From: a virus | Virus record (IMG/VR): IMGVR_UViG_3300035698_012408 | Strand: one strand, 5' to 3' | DNA: 64,000 bases | Part shown: piece by piece, positions 46,332 to 55,080 of the stretch | How the letters are laid out: every line of letters starts with the position of its first letter | How positions within the stretch are numbered: position 1 is the first letter of the stretch | Translations under genes and position numbers: made by a program | The notes under the pieces: generated by a model | Told to the model about the DNA's origin: nothing | Seen by the model: only the letters and a program-made list of their open reading frames with translations | Databases searched by the model: none

Positions 46332-47492
46332 TTAACCTAGATCGATGTCACGGAGAGCTTTCCCGTGTTCGGCCTCTAATCGTTCGAGTTCGGACGGATC
46401 GAGAACCTCACGAAGGAAACCCTCTAATTGTGAGGTCTGGTATTCTGCTCCTGGGTTTTTCCACGGCGGCGTTTGCTGAATCGCGTCAGATGACTTCGAT
46501 AAAGCATATTGCCGCAGGTAGCTGTAGACATCCTGCGGGAACGTCAATTCCCGCCTGATCGCTTCTTGGAGCAGTGCGCGAAACGCTGGCTGTGCCCGGA
46601 GCCATGACTTAGCTTCCAGTGCCAGCGATCCATTCCCGCGTGTTGGGGAGTATTGTGTAAATAACTGCGTACACTCTCGCACCAGATAGATAATTGTCTG
46701 CCATAGGTGCTGATCTTCCATGTCGGAGATCTGATAGGTCCACACGCCACCGGAATCGTCCGGGGCTGGTATGGTCCATTTTTCGGTATCGTACCAATTG
46801 ACTATAGGAGGCTGCGGCGCATCAGGGGTCGGGACGGCGGCCGCTTGTTCTTGCTCCTGCTCCTGCCGTCGTTGAAAGCCCTCCCGCTGCCTACGACCCA
46901 CGCGTTGGGGGTCAAACGTCGTGCGTATTACAGCACGAGCTTGCGTTGACATGTCGCCAGAGTCCTCGGGTAGATCACTCGCATTCGTACGTCGGCCGAA
47001 CAGTGCATCAAAATTCTGTCGTTCGTCCTCCTCCGCTTCGGCTGCCGTGACGACGCGACCACTTCGTAAGTGCATGCGGCCATCTGGTAATCCGGTAAGC
47101 GGAATATCAACACAGGATTGAGGCACTGAGACAGTATTGCCCTTTGCCGCGTTCGCCCACATTGTTGAGAGCTCCAGTAACGCATGCCCCGGCTGGTTCT
47201 CCACGCCAAACTGTTCGATGAAATGTGAGAGTCTATCTGCGATCGCCTCTGTTGCGCGCTGCTGACGACGGCGTCGTGGCAGGTAGACCAACAGTACGAC
47301 ATACGACATCTCCGCAGGGAGCATCGTCCAGCTGGCGATCCTTATTAGATCTGATTCCGTCAAGGTCGTCCGCATGCCCGGAGTCATCCCGGACCACTCT
47401 ATGCTGCCACCAGCCGTGACGATGTCATCACGTAGGTCCATGACACTATGTGCCATTTCGTCGGTCCGAAATAATAAGGCTGCGTCGTTCAT
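46332..47492 (-). CDS. hypothetical protein
   Basis: 386 aa. C-terminus is HGKALRDIDLG (recurrent motif). Confidence 0.6.
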   Translation of the reverse strand: MNDAALLFRTDEMAHSVMDLRDDIVTAGGSIEWSGMTPGMRTTLTESDLIRIASWTMLPAEMSYVVLLVYLPRRRRQQRATEAIADRLSHFIEQFGVENQPGHALLELSTMWANAAKGNTVSVPQSCVDIPLTGLPDGRMHLRSGRVVTAAEAEEDERQNFDALFGRRTNASDLPEDSGDMSTQARAVIRTTFDPQRVGRRQREGFQRRQEQEQEQAAAVPTPDAPQPPIVNWYDTEKWTIPAPDDSGGVWTYQISDMEDQHLWQTIIYLVRECTQLFTQYSPTRGNGSLALEAKSWLRAQPAFRALLQEAIRRELTFPQDVYSYLRQYALSKSSDAIQQTPPWKNPGAEYQTSQLEGFLREVLDPSELERLEAEHGKALRDIDLG

Positions 47493-47505
47493 AATAGCAC
47501 TCCTG

Positions 47506-47949
47506 CTAGTCTAACATGATCCCTCGAAGCGGACGTCCGTCGAAGCGAGGGATCTTTTCCTCTGCTTCCTGGATATTCTGCACCATAATGGGCTCGCGGT
47601 CAACAGGTGTGGCATTACATACCGAGATCCCCATCATGGCGTCGGTGTGCTTGCACCGCCGTAGCTTGCCGGCCTTCGCGAACGCCCAACCCGGGCAGTT
47701 GCAGGAGACCCGCTTCTCTTGGGTGGCCGGATCGGTCCACTCCACAGTGGTGTAAGTCGAGAGCCCGTTGGTGGACTCCCAATGCTGCACCCGGGCCGGA
47801 ACCTGCGGGGCGCCATTGACGAGCATGTTCCCTTTCGAGAAGGCCACGCCGTCCTGGTGTTGGACAGAGGCGAAGTCGGGATCAACGCGATTAGCCGCGT
47901 CAGCCCGTTCCCGTGTCTGTGTCCTGGTTGTCTGTTGGGTAGTGCTCAT
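47506..47949 (-). CDS. SWIM zinc-finger protein
   Basis: CNCPGWAFAKAGKLRRCKH fits the CxCx(n)CxH pattern. ATG 47949 forms an ATGA overlap with the small upstream ORF. C-terminus is GRPLRGIMLD. Confidence 0.6.
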   Translation of the reverse strand: MSTTQQTTRTQTRERADAANRVDPDFASVQHQDGVAFSKGNMLVNGAPQVPARVQHWESTNGLSTYTTVEWTDPATQEKRVSCNCPGWAFAKAGKLRRCKHTDAMMGISVCNATPVDREPIMVQNIQEAEEKIPRFDGRPLRGIMLD

Positions 47950-48101
47950 TGGAGCCCTTCCGCGTCGCAGTCGACGCATACGGCACTGCCATCGTGCTGC
48001 ACACGTGCGATCTCCACATTGGATCGCCCGCAGTAATCACACAGGTCAGGCCACTTTGTCGGGTCTTTCGGTTTGGCGTCAGTATTTTGATCTTCTGCCA
48101 T
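47946..48101 (-). CDS. 51-aa zinc-ribbon protein (below the ORF-track length cutoff)
   Basis: Manual translation gives MAEDQNTDAKPKDPTKWPDLCDYCGRSNVEIARVQHDGSAVCVDCDAEGLQ. GGAG lies 7 nt upstream. Its stop overlaps the next start (ATGA). Confidence 0.45.
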   Translation of the reverse strand: MAEDQNTDAKPKDPTKWPDLCDYCGRSNVEIARVQHDGSAVCVDCDAEGLQ

Positions 48102-48140
48102 TCGGTTTCTCCCGATAGTTAAATGAAATCACAAAGGCGC

Positions 48141-48158
48141 CGGCGGAGTCAGCCGCCG
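48141..48158 (-). terminator. GC hairpin downstream of 48207..49379 (weak terminator candidate)
   Basis: CGGCGG-AGTCAG-CCGCCG, followed on the minus strand by GCGCCTTTGTGATTTCATTT. Confidence 0.35.
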
Positions 48159-48206
48159 ACACCTGTTGTGATAAAGACTGCAACCATCATGGTTTACTAG
48201 CAGGAG

Positions 48207-49379
48207 TTACCCGGCGCGACCAAAATCGAGGTCGATCGCACGGAACTCTTTGCCGAATGCTTCCAGGTCTTCTTGCTGCCCTTCGGCCGCAGTCACCTCT
48301 TGCATGAAACCATCGATAGCCGCCGTGAAGCCCGAGTTCGCAGCCGTAACTGCGTCGAGACTCTTGGGGGTCGTAATGTTGAGCCTGCGTTCGAGGTCCT
48401 CCATCTGGTGGAGCAGGTCCTCGTTCGTGCAAAACTCAAACATCCGAATCTTTTCGATGGCCCGGCGGATTGGTGTGAATGATTTCTCAGACACGCGTCC
48501 GTTACGGTTGATCAGATCGCGAAGATTGGAGAGGGCTTCCGCAAGCTGGTCGCGAGGACCCCGGATCATCTCTTCGACCGCAGACTCGACTTGGCGGGAG
48601 CACGCATCTCTTACGATTTCGTGGTGCTCAGCCAGATCGGAAGCGGACAGTTCGCTGTTGCCGGTGTTACCAGCCAGTTCGATCGGAACGACATCCAGGA
48701 AGAACTTGCCACGCATGGCAGAAGCACTTCTCGGGATCTTCGACTCAACCTGCTCGAACACGTCGCTCTCGCGGCGAATCTGGTTCAGGATGTCATCGAA
48801 ATCCGCCACGAACTCGTCGGCCATTTCAGCCAGTTCGTAGGCGATGCTCTGCTGGTCCCGGCTAGGGTCACGCACAGGCGTTGACGACGGAAGGTCATAC
48901 CCAAGCCGCGTTCGCACGTCGTGAATACGTGTCTCGATCTGCTCCGCCATGAGGATGCTGTCCGCGTCACGGTATCGCTGGGCCTTGTGGGTCAGCGTAC
49001 CGATCGTGTCGCCAAACAGCTCATACATGAGCGCCGCACCTTTGTTCTTCGGCACAACACGCACCCCAGTGATGGGAAACTTGACCGAGAACATGTCCTT
49101 GACTCGCTCCAGCCGGCTATCAAGCCGTTGGAATCGTTTCTTCCACGACGTGCCAAGACGGTCGACCGGGTACCGGTCATTGATCAGCTTCGCACGGGGC
49201 GTCGTAACGTCGTTCTTCGCGACAGAGATATTGTCAACGGTGACATCCGTCGTCTGCCGCGGCAGTTGGTATTGCCCCTTCCACCAGCCGATGGAGGGAG
49301 CGAGGAGAATCACATGCTCCTCAAGCGCGTCTTGACGCGTGGTTACGGGCTGACTCTCAGTCATAGGAATGGTACTCAT
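48207..49379 (-). CDS. hypothetical protein
   Basis: 390 aa. C-terminus is GKEFRAIDLDFGRAG (recurrent motif). Confidence 0.65.
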   Translation of the reverse strand: MSTIPMTESQPVTTRQDALEEHVILLAPSIGWWKGQYQLPRQTTDVTVDNISVAKNDVTTPRAKLINDRYPVDRLGTSWKKRFQRLDSRLERVKDMFSVKFPITGVRVVPKNKGAALMYELFGDTIGTLTHKAQRYRDADSILMAEQIETRIHDVRTRLGYDLPSSTPVRDPSRDQQSIAYELAEMADEFVADFDDILNQIRRESDVFEQVESKIPRSASAMRGKFFLDVVPIELAGNTGNSELSASDLAEHHEIVRDACSRQVESAVEEMIRGPRDQLAEALSNLRDLINRNGRVSEKSFTPIRRAIEKIRMFEFCTNEDLLHQMEDLERRLNITTPKSLDAVTAANSGFTAAIDGFMQEVTAAEGQQEDLEAFGKEFRAIDLDFGRAG

Positions 49380-49407
49380 TTGCAGGCCTTACCTGAATGG
49401 AAAATGT

Positions 49408-49453
49408 AGAAAGAAAAACCCCGGGGGCCGCCCAGTACGGCTAGACCCCGGGG
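49408..49453 (-). terminator. rho-independent terminator
   Basis: Minus strand reads CCCCGGGG-TCTA-GCCG-TACTGGG-CGGC-CCCCGGGG followed by TTTTTCTTTCT. Confidence 0.6.
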
Positions 49454-49478
49454 CTGTCGGAACGTGACGGTGGAACAC

Positions 49479-49952
49479 TTACCGCCATGCGACAATCGGG
49501 TTCGGAGATACGTCCTCGGGCTGCGGGCTGTAATGTAGCTGCGGTTTCGGAACCGTCGAACGGCGGGGTTCGACAGGTGCGTCATATCTCAATGGTTTGA
49601 TCGTAGGCGACTCCGGGAGCTTTCGCGGTGCTGGCATTGGTGCTGCTGGCGAGCTGACAACAAGGGCAGGCGTCGCGTACCTCGTAGTCGTGGGCGGGCA
49701 TCTGTATTCATAGTTGTTCGGAATGCCGTAAGTGACGCCATAGCCCCAGTTATTGGGCGCCGGACGGATATACGTCGTGTTGGGGCACTCGTAGAAGTCA
49801 CCGTAGTACGGAGCGACGATCTGTCCTTGTTGGAACGGCTGACACGGTTGCCAGCACTGGGCCTCGGCCGGAGCCGCCATCTGTGCGAGAACGATCCCCG
49901 CCAGCAGGGCGAAGACCAGGATGAACGCGCGTTGCGTGTAAAGTCGAGTCAT
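49479..49952 (-). CDS. secreted protein with cleavable signal peptide
   Basis: From ATG 49952: MTRLYTQRAFILVFALLAGIVLAQMAAPAEA/QCWQPC..., with a Pro/Tyr/Asn-rich mature part. Confidence 0.6.
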   Translation of the reverse strand: MTRLYTQRAFILVFALLAGIVLAQMAAPAEAQCWQPCQPFQQGQIVAPYYGDFYECPNTTYIRPAPNNWGYGVTYGIPNNYEYRCPPTTTRYATPALVVSSPAAPMPAPRKLPESPTIKPLRYDAPVEPRRSTVPKPQLHYSPQPEDVSPNPIVAWR

Positions 49953-50042
49953 GATTTTTTTCCTTGTGTGTGTGAATGAAAAGATCACCGACAACATAAT
50001 GCCGCCGGTGATCACGAAAGCGATCGGTAGATCAACCAGCGG

Positions 50043-50423
50043 TTAATCGAACTGCGGTGTTGGGATGCTGTGCGCGTGCAACCAATCCGCTTCGGCCTCC
50101 AGGGCCAGTTCGCGGGTGTCGAACGGTCCAAGCACGGGACCTTCGGACGGCAACAGATCAGCGAACCATTTGTCCGGCGGGTACATGAGGGCTGCCGTCT
50201 CCGTCAAGGTGGCGGCGGTTTCGCCTGTGTAATTGCGGTAAACCCAGTCGCGTGCATCGTCAGAGATGCCGCTACCGGGCTCCACGTGGGAAGCGCGAGC
50301 GATTTCCTTCTCCCCGAGTGCCGAAGCGACTGCGTTCACCGCCGGGCCGTAAAGACCACGGGGTGAGGCTGCTCCAGAACTGATACCGTCTCGCGGGATG
50401 ATCATGCGTTCTTGCTTCGCCAT
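50043..50423 (-). CDS. hypothetical protein
   Basis: ATG 50423 (MAKQERMIIPRD...). The upstream part of the track ORF overlaps 50431..50640. Confidence 0.5.
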   Translation of the reverse strand: MAKQERMIIPRDGISSGAASPRGLYGPAVNAVASALGEKEIARASHVEPGSGISDDARDWVYRNYTGETAATLTETAALMYPPDKWFADLLPSEGPVLGPFDTRELALEAEADWLHAHSIPTPQFD

Positions 50424-50430
50424 ATTACTA

Positions 50431-50640
50431 CTACTCGCCTTCCCGTAGAAACTCTTGACGTTCTTCGGTGCGGTAATAGTCTGAGGTGAGTTCTTCGTTT
50501 TCCACCGAACCAATGGCGGCCTCGAAAGCGGCACTGGCCGTCTGGCATTCACTGCCCGTGAACCCCTCGGTCGTGATCGTGGGTGTGCGAGTGCCTTTAC
50601 TGATCCCCTTCAGCGGGACCATCATGCGAATTACTTTCAC
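50431..50640 (-). CDS. small protein, DUF2997-like (from memory)
   Basis: GTG start with GGAG 9 nt upstream. TITTEGFTGSECQTASAAFEAAIGSVENEELTSDYY fits my recollection of the G-x-G-x-x-C...lG...T.EYY pattern. Confidence 0.4.
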   Translation of the reverse strand: MKVIRMMVPLKGISKGTRTPTITTEGFTGSECQTASAAFEAAIGSVENEELTSDYYRTEERQEFLREGE

Positions 50641-50671
50641 GGTTATGTCTCCAAAGTTTATTGACGGACGT

Positions 50672-50712
50672 AAAAAAACGATAGCCAGAGATGCGGCTCC
50701 CTGACTATCGTT
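50672..50712 (-). terminator. rho-independent terminator
   Basis: 12-bp stem (one mismatch) AACGATAGTCAG/CTGGCTATCGTT, followed by TTTTTTT on the minus strand. Confidence 0.65.
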
Positions 50713-50735
50713 CGGCGACGCGAGGATGCGAGGTC

Positions 50736-51104
50736 CTACGTTGATGCGAGTTGGGTCATGATGACCTCAACGTCGCCACCTTCTTGGTCGACCGTCTCGA
50801 CGGTGTAACCTTGTTCGGCCGCTTCGATCTTCGCAGTTTCGATCGTGTAGCTTTGGACCAGCTTGTCCAATTCGATCTGCTTGCCCCACGACCCGCCGTA
50901 GTTGTCGTAGTGGGCGACGCCCTTTTCGTCGATGACGACGGGATACTGCCAATCGGGCAGCTTGAAGCCGACACCTTGGACGTGCTGGCCGCCATACATC
51001 TTGTGGTTGCCCACGCCAAGACTGGTGAGGCCCAGTTCGCCGATCGCGGTGTTGAGAGCGTCGGTGTTGGTCAGATTGACCTTGCATTTTACAACATGAC
51101 TCAT
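50736..51104 (-). CDS. DUF1257 (Ycf35)-like protein (from memory)
   Basis: MSHVVKCKVNLTNTDALNTAIGELGL...YDNYGGSWGKQIELDKLVQSY fits the MSH...L..AL.eLG...WG...L pattern I recall. Confidence 0.45.
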   Translation of the reverse strand: MSHVVKCKVNLTNTDALNTAIGELGLTSLGVGNHKMYGGQHVQGVGFKLPDWQYPVVIDEKGVAHYDNYGGSWGKQIELDKLVQSYTIETAKIEAAEQGYTVETVDQEGGDVEVIMTQLAST

Positions 51105-51219
51105 TGAGATCTCTCCTGTAAAAGGGAAATTGGTCGGGCCGTCGCCCGAGACACGTGTCAGATACTAAGTGTAAACGATGCTGCCCGGGATACGCAACCC
51201 CGGACAGCCAAGAAGAAGC

Positions 51220-52878
51220 CTAATTGTCGATCTCGACCGAACGCTGAGCGCGTCCATGCTGCTTACCACTACTGATAGTCAGCGGCGTCGTTACGGGCCT
51301 CGCTTTGTCCTTACAGAACTTACGGATGGCCTCAACACCTTCGCTATCCCGCTGGCTGATGGGTACGATGCTGGCAGCCGCTTCGATAATCTCCTCGAAC
51401 GTGGGATCGCCCGTGTGGCGTTTCTCAAACGCGATGTACCGGGCTTCCCGGACAGCTTCCTCGATCTCAGAACCGACGAAACCGTGGAGTTTCTCCGTGA
51501 TCATCGTCCAGTCGTCGGTGTCCAGCCCCATACTCAGCATATCCACGCCACGCTTCTTGAAGTGGATCTCCATGATCTGCTGGCATTCGACCGAGTTCGG
51601 AAGGTCGGTGTACCACATGGCGTCGAAACGGCCGGCCCGCGTCAGTTCAGGCGGCAGGCCTTCGGTGCGGTTCAGCGTCATGATGCAGAACGTCTTCGAC
51701 TGGTTTTCAGCCAGCCACGTCAGGATCGTGCCGAACACACGCTTGGTCACACCCGAGTCACCTTGACTGGTGTGGGCGTGCCCCAGGGCCTTGTCCGCTT
51801 CATCGATCAGCAGCACGCAGCCTTTTTGGGCGTCGATCTGCTTCAAGACGTCGTGAGTCCGCTGCTCCGACTCTCCGACAAGACTGCCGAACAGCGAGCC
51901 GATGTCGAGGATGTAGCCGGGCAAGCCCAGCAGCTGGCAAGTCGCCTTGCCCACCATCGATTTTCCGGTACCGGGAAGTCCCAGCAGCACGACACCACGA
52001 GGGTAGTCGATGTTCATCGCGCGGGCGGACGGGAGGTACGCCTGCTTACGTCGTTCAAGCCACGTCAGGTACTGGTCGAATCCGCCGATCTCCTCACGAG
52101 AGGCGATGGCACCTTCGGGAATGTAGGTCAGCACCTCACTCTTCTTCACGATGGCCGCCTTCTCGTCTTTGATCGTCGACAGCATCTCCGGGGAGAACCC
52201 ACTGTGACGGACAAGGCAGCGTGCCAGACAGTTCTCCGCCTCGTTGGCGGTCAACCCGAGAAGGTTCGTGACCAGCTGTGCTCGCAGTTCGTCAGTGCAT
52301 TGCGCCTTCTCCGGGTCTTTCGACTCGATACTTTGGCGAACGAACTCGACGGTGCGGGCCAGCTTGGCCTCGCCTGGAAGCAAGAATTCCACGACAGAGA
52401 TGTTAGCTTTCACCTTGTCGTGGATCGAGAGCTTCGGCGACAGGATGATGATGGGCCGCTTGTGCTTCTTATTCACCAAGCGGTTGCCTTCCGTCAACGT
52501 GCGGATGCGCCGGCGGACATTAGTGTCCACCATGAAGTCATCCAAGTCACGGAAGATGAAGACCTGATTGCCGTTGAACAAGGCCTCATCGTTGAGAGCC
52601 TCCAACGCCGACACCGCGTTCTTGTACTTGTTGTTCCCCGACAGCGCGTCGCAGGAGAACCCCTCGTAACAGTCCCACGTGACCACGCCCATATTCAGGC
52701 GACGGGCCACACGCGTGATCTCGACCTCGGCTCGCGCCTCTTCGGCCGTATGCACGTAAAGAGCTTGATAACCAGCACGCAGATGTTCGTCCAACAGCTG
52801 GGCGAAATCGTTATCCTCGGTGACGAGGCCGGTATTGGTATCTTCCGCGGGGGCTGGTTTCGTCGTTTTCTTAGCCAT
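51220..52878 (-). CDS. classical AAA+ ATPase (Ycf46/FtsH-Cdc48-type module in C-terminal half)
   Basis: Walker A GLPGTGKSM, Walker B VLLIDEADKAL, sensor-1/SRH IMTLNRTEGLPPELTRAGRFD. C-terminus is GRAQRSVEIDN. Confidence 0.85.
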   Translation of the reverse strand: MAKKTTKPAPAEDTNTGLVTEDNDFAQLLDEHLRAGYQALYVHTAEEARAEVEITRVARRLNMGVVTWDCYEGFSCDALSGNNKYKNAVSALEALNDEALFNGNQVFIFRDLDDFMVDTNVRRRIRTLTEGNRLVNKKHKRPIIILSPKLSIHDKVKANISVVEFLLPGEAKLARTVEFVRQSIESKDPEKAQCTDELRAQLVTNLLGLTANEAENCLARCLVRHSGFSPEMLSTIKDEKAAIVKKSEVLTYIPEGAIASREEIGGFDQYLTWLERRKQAYLPSARAMNIDYPRGVVLLGLPGTGKSMVGKATCQLLGLPGYILDIGSLFGSLVGESEQRTHDVLKQIDAQKGCVLLIDEADKALGHAHTSQGDSGVTKRVFGTILTWLAENQSKTFCIMTLNRTEGLPPELTRAGRFDAMWYTDLPNSVECQQIMEIHFKKRGVDMLSMGLDTDDWTMITEKLHGFVGSEIEEAVREARYIAFEKRHTGDPTFEEIIEAAASIVPISQRDSEGVEAIRKFCKDKARPVTTPLTISSGKQHGRAQRSVEIDN

Positions 52879-52893
52879 TTTCTTTTGTCTTTC

Positions 52894-53580
52894 CTACTTT
52901 TGCTCGAAAGATCGTAGCATATTATTCACTACATCTTTCGCGTTGCCATTCCGTAGCTGCAACTGATCCAGCTGCTGCGACATGCGAATTAGGTTCTCCT
53001 TGACCAGACGATTGATCTCTTCCGTCTTCGATGCTTCGAGATCGTAGATGGCGTTGAACATTGTCGGGTCATCAGAGAAGTCACTCTGCACGAGTGCGGC
53101 GGGATTGCTTTCGCGCACCGCTATCTTGAGCACGTCAGGTGGCGATATGATGCCCTCGGCGTCGAGAGCAGCTCCAATGTAGGCGACGATCTCATCACTG
53201 AATGGATTCTCGTCGTCCTCATCAGGCTCCGCCAGTAACATAGCCTCGGTAATTGCCCATGCGACTTCAGCGGCGTCTGCGGGTTCCCATGCGCGGGGAT
53301 CGTACGTGTCCCCGGACAAGATATTCGCAAACTCGTTGAAATCAGGGAGGTTCTTGTAAAACGCGTCTGATACGACGAGATTGATACCCGTCATCAGCCG
53401 GTCAAATACCCGGTTAGGTATCTTGGCTTGGAAATCAGCTTCGATCTCCAGCTTCAACGTCTCGGGTAGCCACTCGAAGCACTCGGTGCCGAAGTGATCG
53501 ACAACCGCGATAACGAGCGTGGTAGCGAAGGATTCGCCACTTTGGAAAGCATCACGGTAACTGCTCTGTACTTGCGGCAT
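52894..53580 (-). CDS. hypothetical protein
   Basis: ATG 53580 (MPQVQSSYRD...). The upstream part of the track ORF overlaps 53552..54043. Confidence 0.5.
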   Translation of the reverse strand: MPQVQSSYRDAFQSGESFATTLVIAVVDHFGTECFEWLPETLKLEIEADFQAKIPNRVFDRLMTGINLVVSDAFYKNLPDFNEFANILSGDTYDPRAWEPADAAEVAWAITEAMLLAEPDEDDENPFSDEIVAYIGAALDAEGIISPPDVLKIAVRESNPAALVQSDFSDDPTMFNAIYDLEASKTEEINRLVKENLIRMSQQLDQLQLRNGNAKDVVNNMLRSFEQK

Positions 53581-54043
53581 CGTCAAGTCTCCTTTGTAGC
53601 TGCCTACAGGCGAGCGTGTTCCGACCGAAGAGTACGGCCAGATTGTATGCCACCGTCTCCATTGGTGGCTGCTCCGGGGACAATACAATGTCACCCGTAA
53701 CAAGGTCAAGCCAACCGGTGTTCCCGGTCCACGTGACATACTGTCCGTCGGCGATGACCAACGCCAGTGGGGCAGGTGCCCGCGTCTTCCTCATCGCTTG
53801 CTCCAACGCATGACCGTGGTCTTGCAGGCCAGCCGTGAGCTCCTCGAAGATCGCGGTCCGCTGTTCGGGCGCTAGAAAAGCTAGCCGCCCGAGCAGCATG
53901 ATCACCCACAGCCGCAAGCAGTCATCCGCACAGATAACAGTATCTGCCGCAGGCATTTTCGCGTGGCCGAGTTGTCGGAACGCGTTGCGCTGCTGGAGCG
54001 GAGTGAGCACTTGATCGTGTGTGAGGACCTGAACCGTGAACAT
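53552..54043 (-). CDS. hypothetical protein
   Basis: 163-aa ORF that abuts 54044..54316. Confidence 0.5.
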   Translation of the reverse strand: MFTVQVLTHDQVLTPLQQRNAFRQLGHAKMPAADTVICADDCLRLWVIMLLGRLAFLAPEQRTAIFEELTAGLQDHGHALEQAMRKTRAPAPLALVIADGQYVTWTGNTGWLDLVTGDIVLSPEQPPMETVAYNLAVLFGRNTLACRQLQRRLDDAASTEQLP

Positions 54044-54316
54044 CTACAGTCCGCCCGTGATATTGTAATCACAACGGTAGGCCGCAACAACAGTGCCGTT
54101 ACGCCCGAGAATTAGGTCGTCGCTCGTCTCGCCGTTGCAGTCGACCGGATAGGCTACCTCGTTGCCCGAGACGCCCGCACGGGTGATCTGCTTGGTCGCA
54201 GCAGTGATCGCAGCCTGCTTGGCGGCCGCCGACATCACTTCTTCTTGCGAATCCCCTTGAACCGTGACAGTACCCTGGCGGTCGCCAAGGTCCGTACTCA
54301 CTACAGTAATGGCCAT
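54044..54316 (-). CDS. hypothetical small protein
   Basis: 90-aa ORF. Confidence 0.5.
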   Translation of the reverse strand: MAITVVSTDLGDRQGTVTVQGDSQEEVMSAAAKQAAITAATKQITRAGVSGNEVAYPVDCNGETSDDLILGRNGTVVAAYRCDYNITGGL

Positions 54317-54367
54317 CTGATACTCCTTCTGGTTAGTGTAACGGCCTGATCAAAAAATATCTGATTG

Positions 54368-54931
54368 CTATATCGTACCCTCTATCGATGTTTTAATCAA
54401 TGCGATCGGTATGGCAATGCTTCTATCTACGTCGCTGGCACGGCCACGGTAGAGTGTCAACTCCGGGGCTAGCTGCGGGATCTGCGTGCCACCTTCTGTA
54501 ATGACCTGGGCCCACCCCGCTCGTTTGAACGCGAAAGCCACGCCGCAGTGGGAGCCGGTGAGCCGGTGCTGGCTGAGGTCCACATGACTCAAGTCCATCT
54601 CTGCTGGGATATACATGGCACACGGCACAATTTGCGTGTCGCCCACTACCGGCTGCTTCGCTGCTTCGTTCAGCCGCCGGAAGTGTGCATGGTCTGTGTA
54701 TACCCTGACAATCGATCGTTGCCCAAACAGCATATTAGCGTCATACATCACCTGACACATGCCAGGAACCTGCGGATGGGCCACTTTCTCCAACCATTCC
54801 GCTGTGTCGAGAAGTTGGCAACCCACCCGCCGGGTGAGATCGATAACGTACCACTTGGCCTCACGACGCGAGACTGTCGGTCGAGCCGGTATGAGCCAGC
54901 TACCCAGTGTTAGTTTATCTATGGAACTCAT
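54368..54931 (-). CDS. hypothetical protein
   Basis: 187-aa ORF. Confidence 0.55.
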   Translation of the reverse strand: MSSIDKLTLGSWLIPARPTVSRREAKWYVIDLTRRVGCQLLDTAEWLEKVAHPQVPGMCQVMYDANMLFGQRSIVRVYTDHAHFRRLNEAAKQPVVGDTQIVPCAMYIPAEMDLSHVDLSQHRLTGSHCGVAFAFKRAGWAQVITEGGTQIPQLAPELTLYRGRASDVDRSIAIPIALIKTSIEGTI

Positions 54932-55080
54932 TGTTCTCTCCCAATAGCTAAGAAAAATCGGAGAACTTCCACGTCTGAATGTGCTGTAGCAAACCCCAAT
55001 AGGCGTGAGAAAGTACCGTGTTGAAAGTCACACAGGTAATCCCTCACAGCCTATTGAGGCTGCTAAGCGGGGTGTCGTTG

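Noticed and set aside
51178-52917. 579-aa plus-strand ORF
   Set aside because: It is an exact antisense shadow of the AAA+ ATPase gene, which has unambiguous Walker A/B and SRH motifs. The shadow frame is R/L/V/H-rich and has no motifs.
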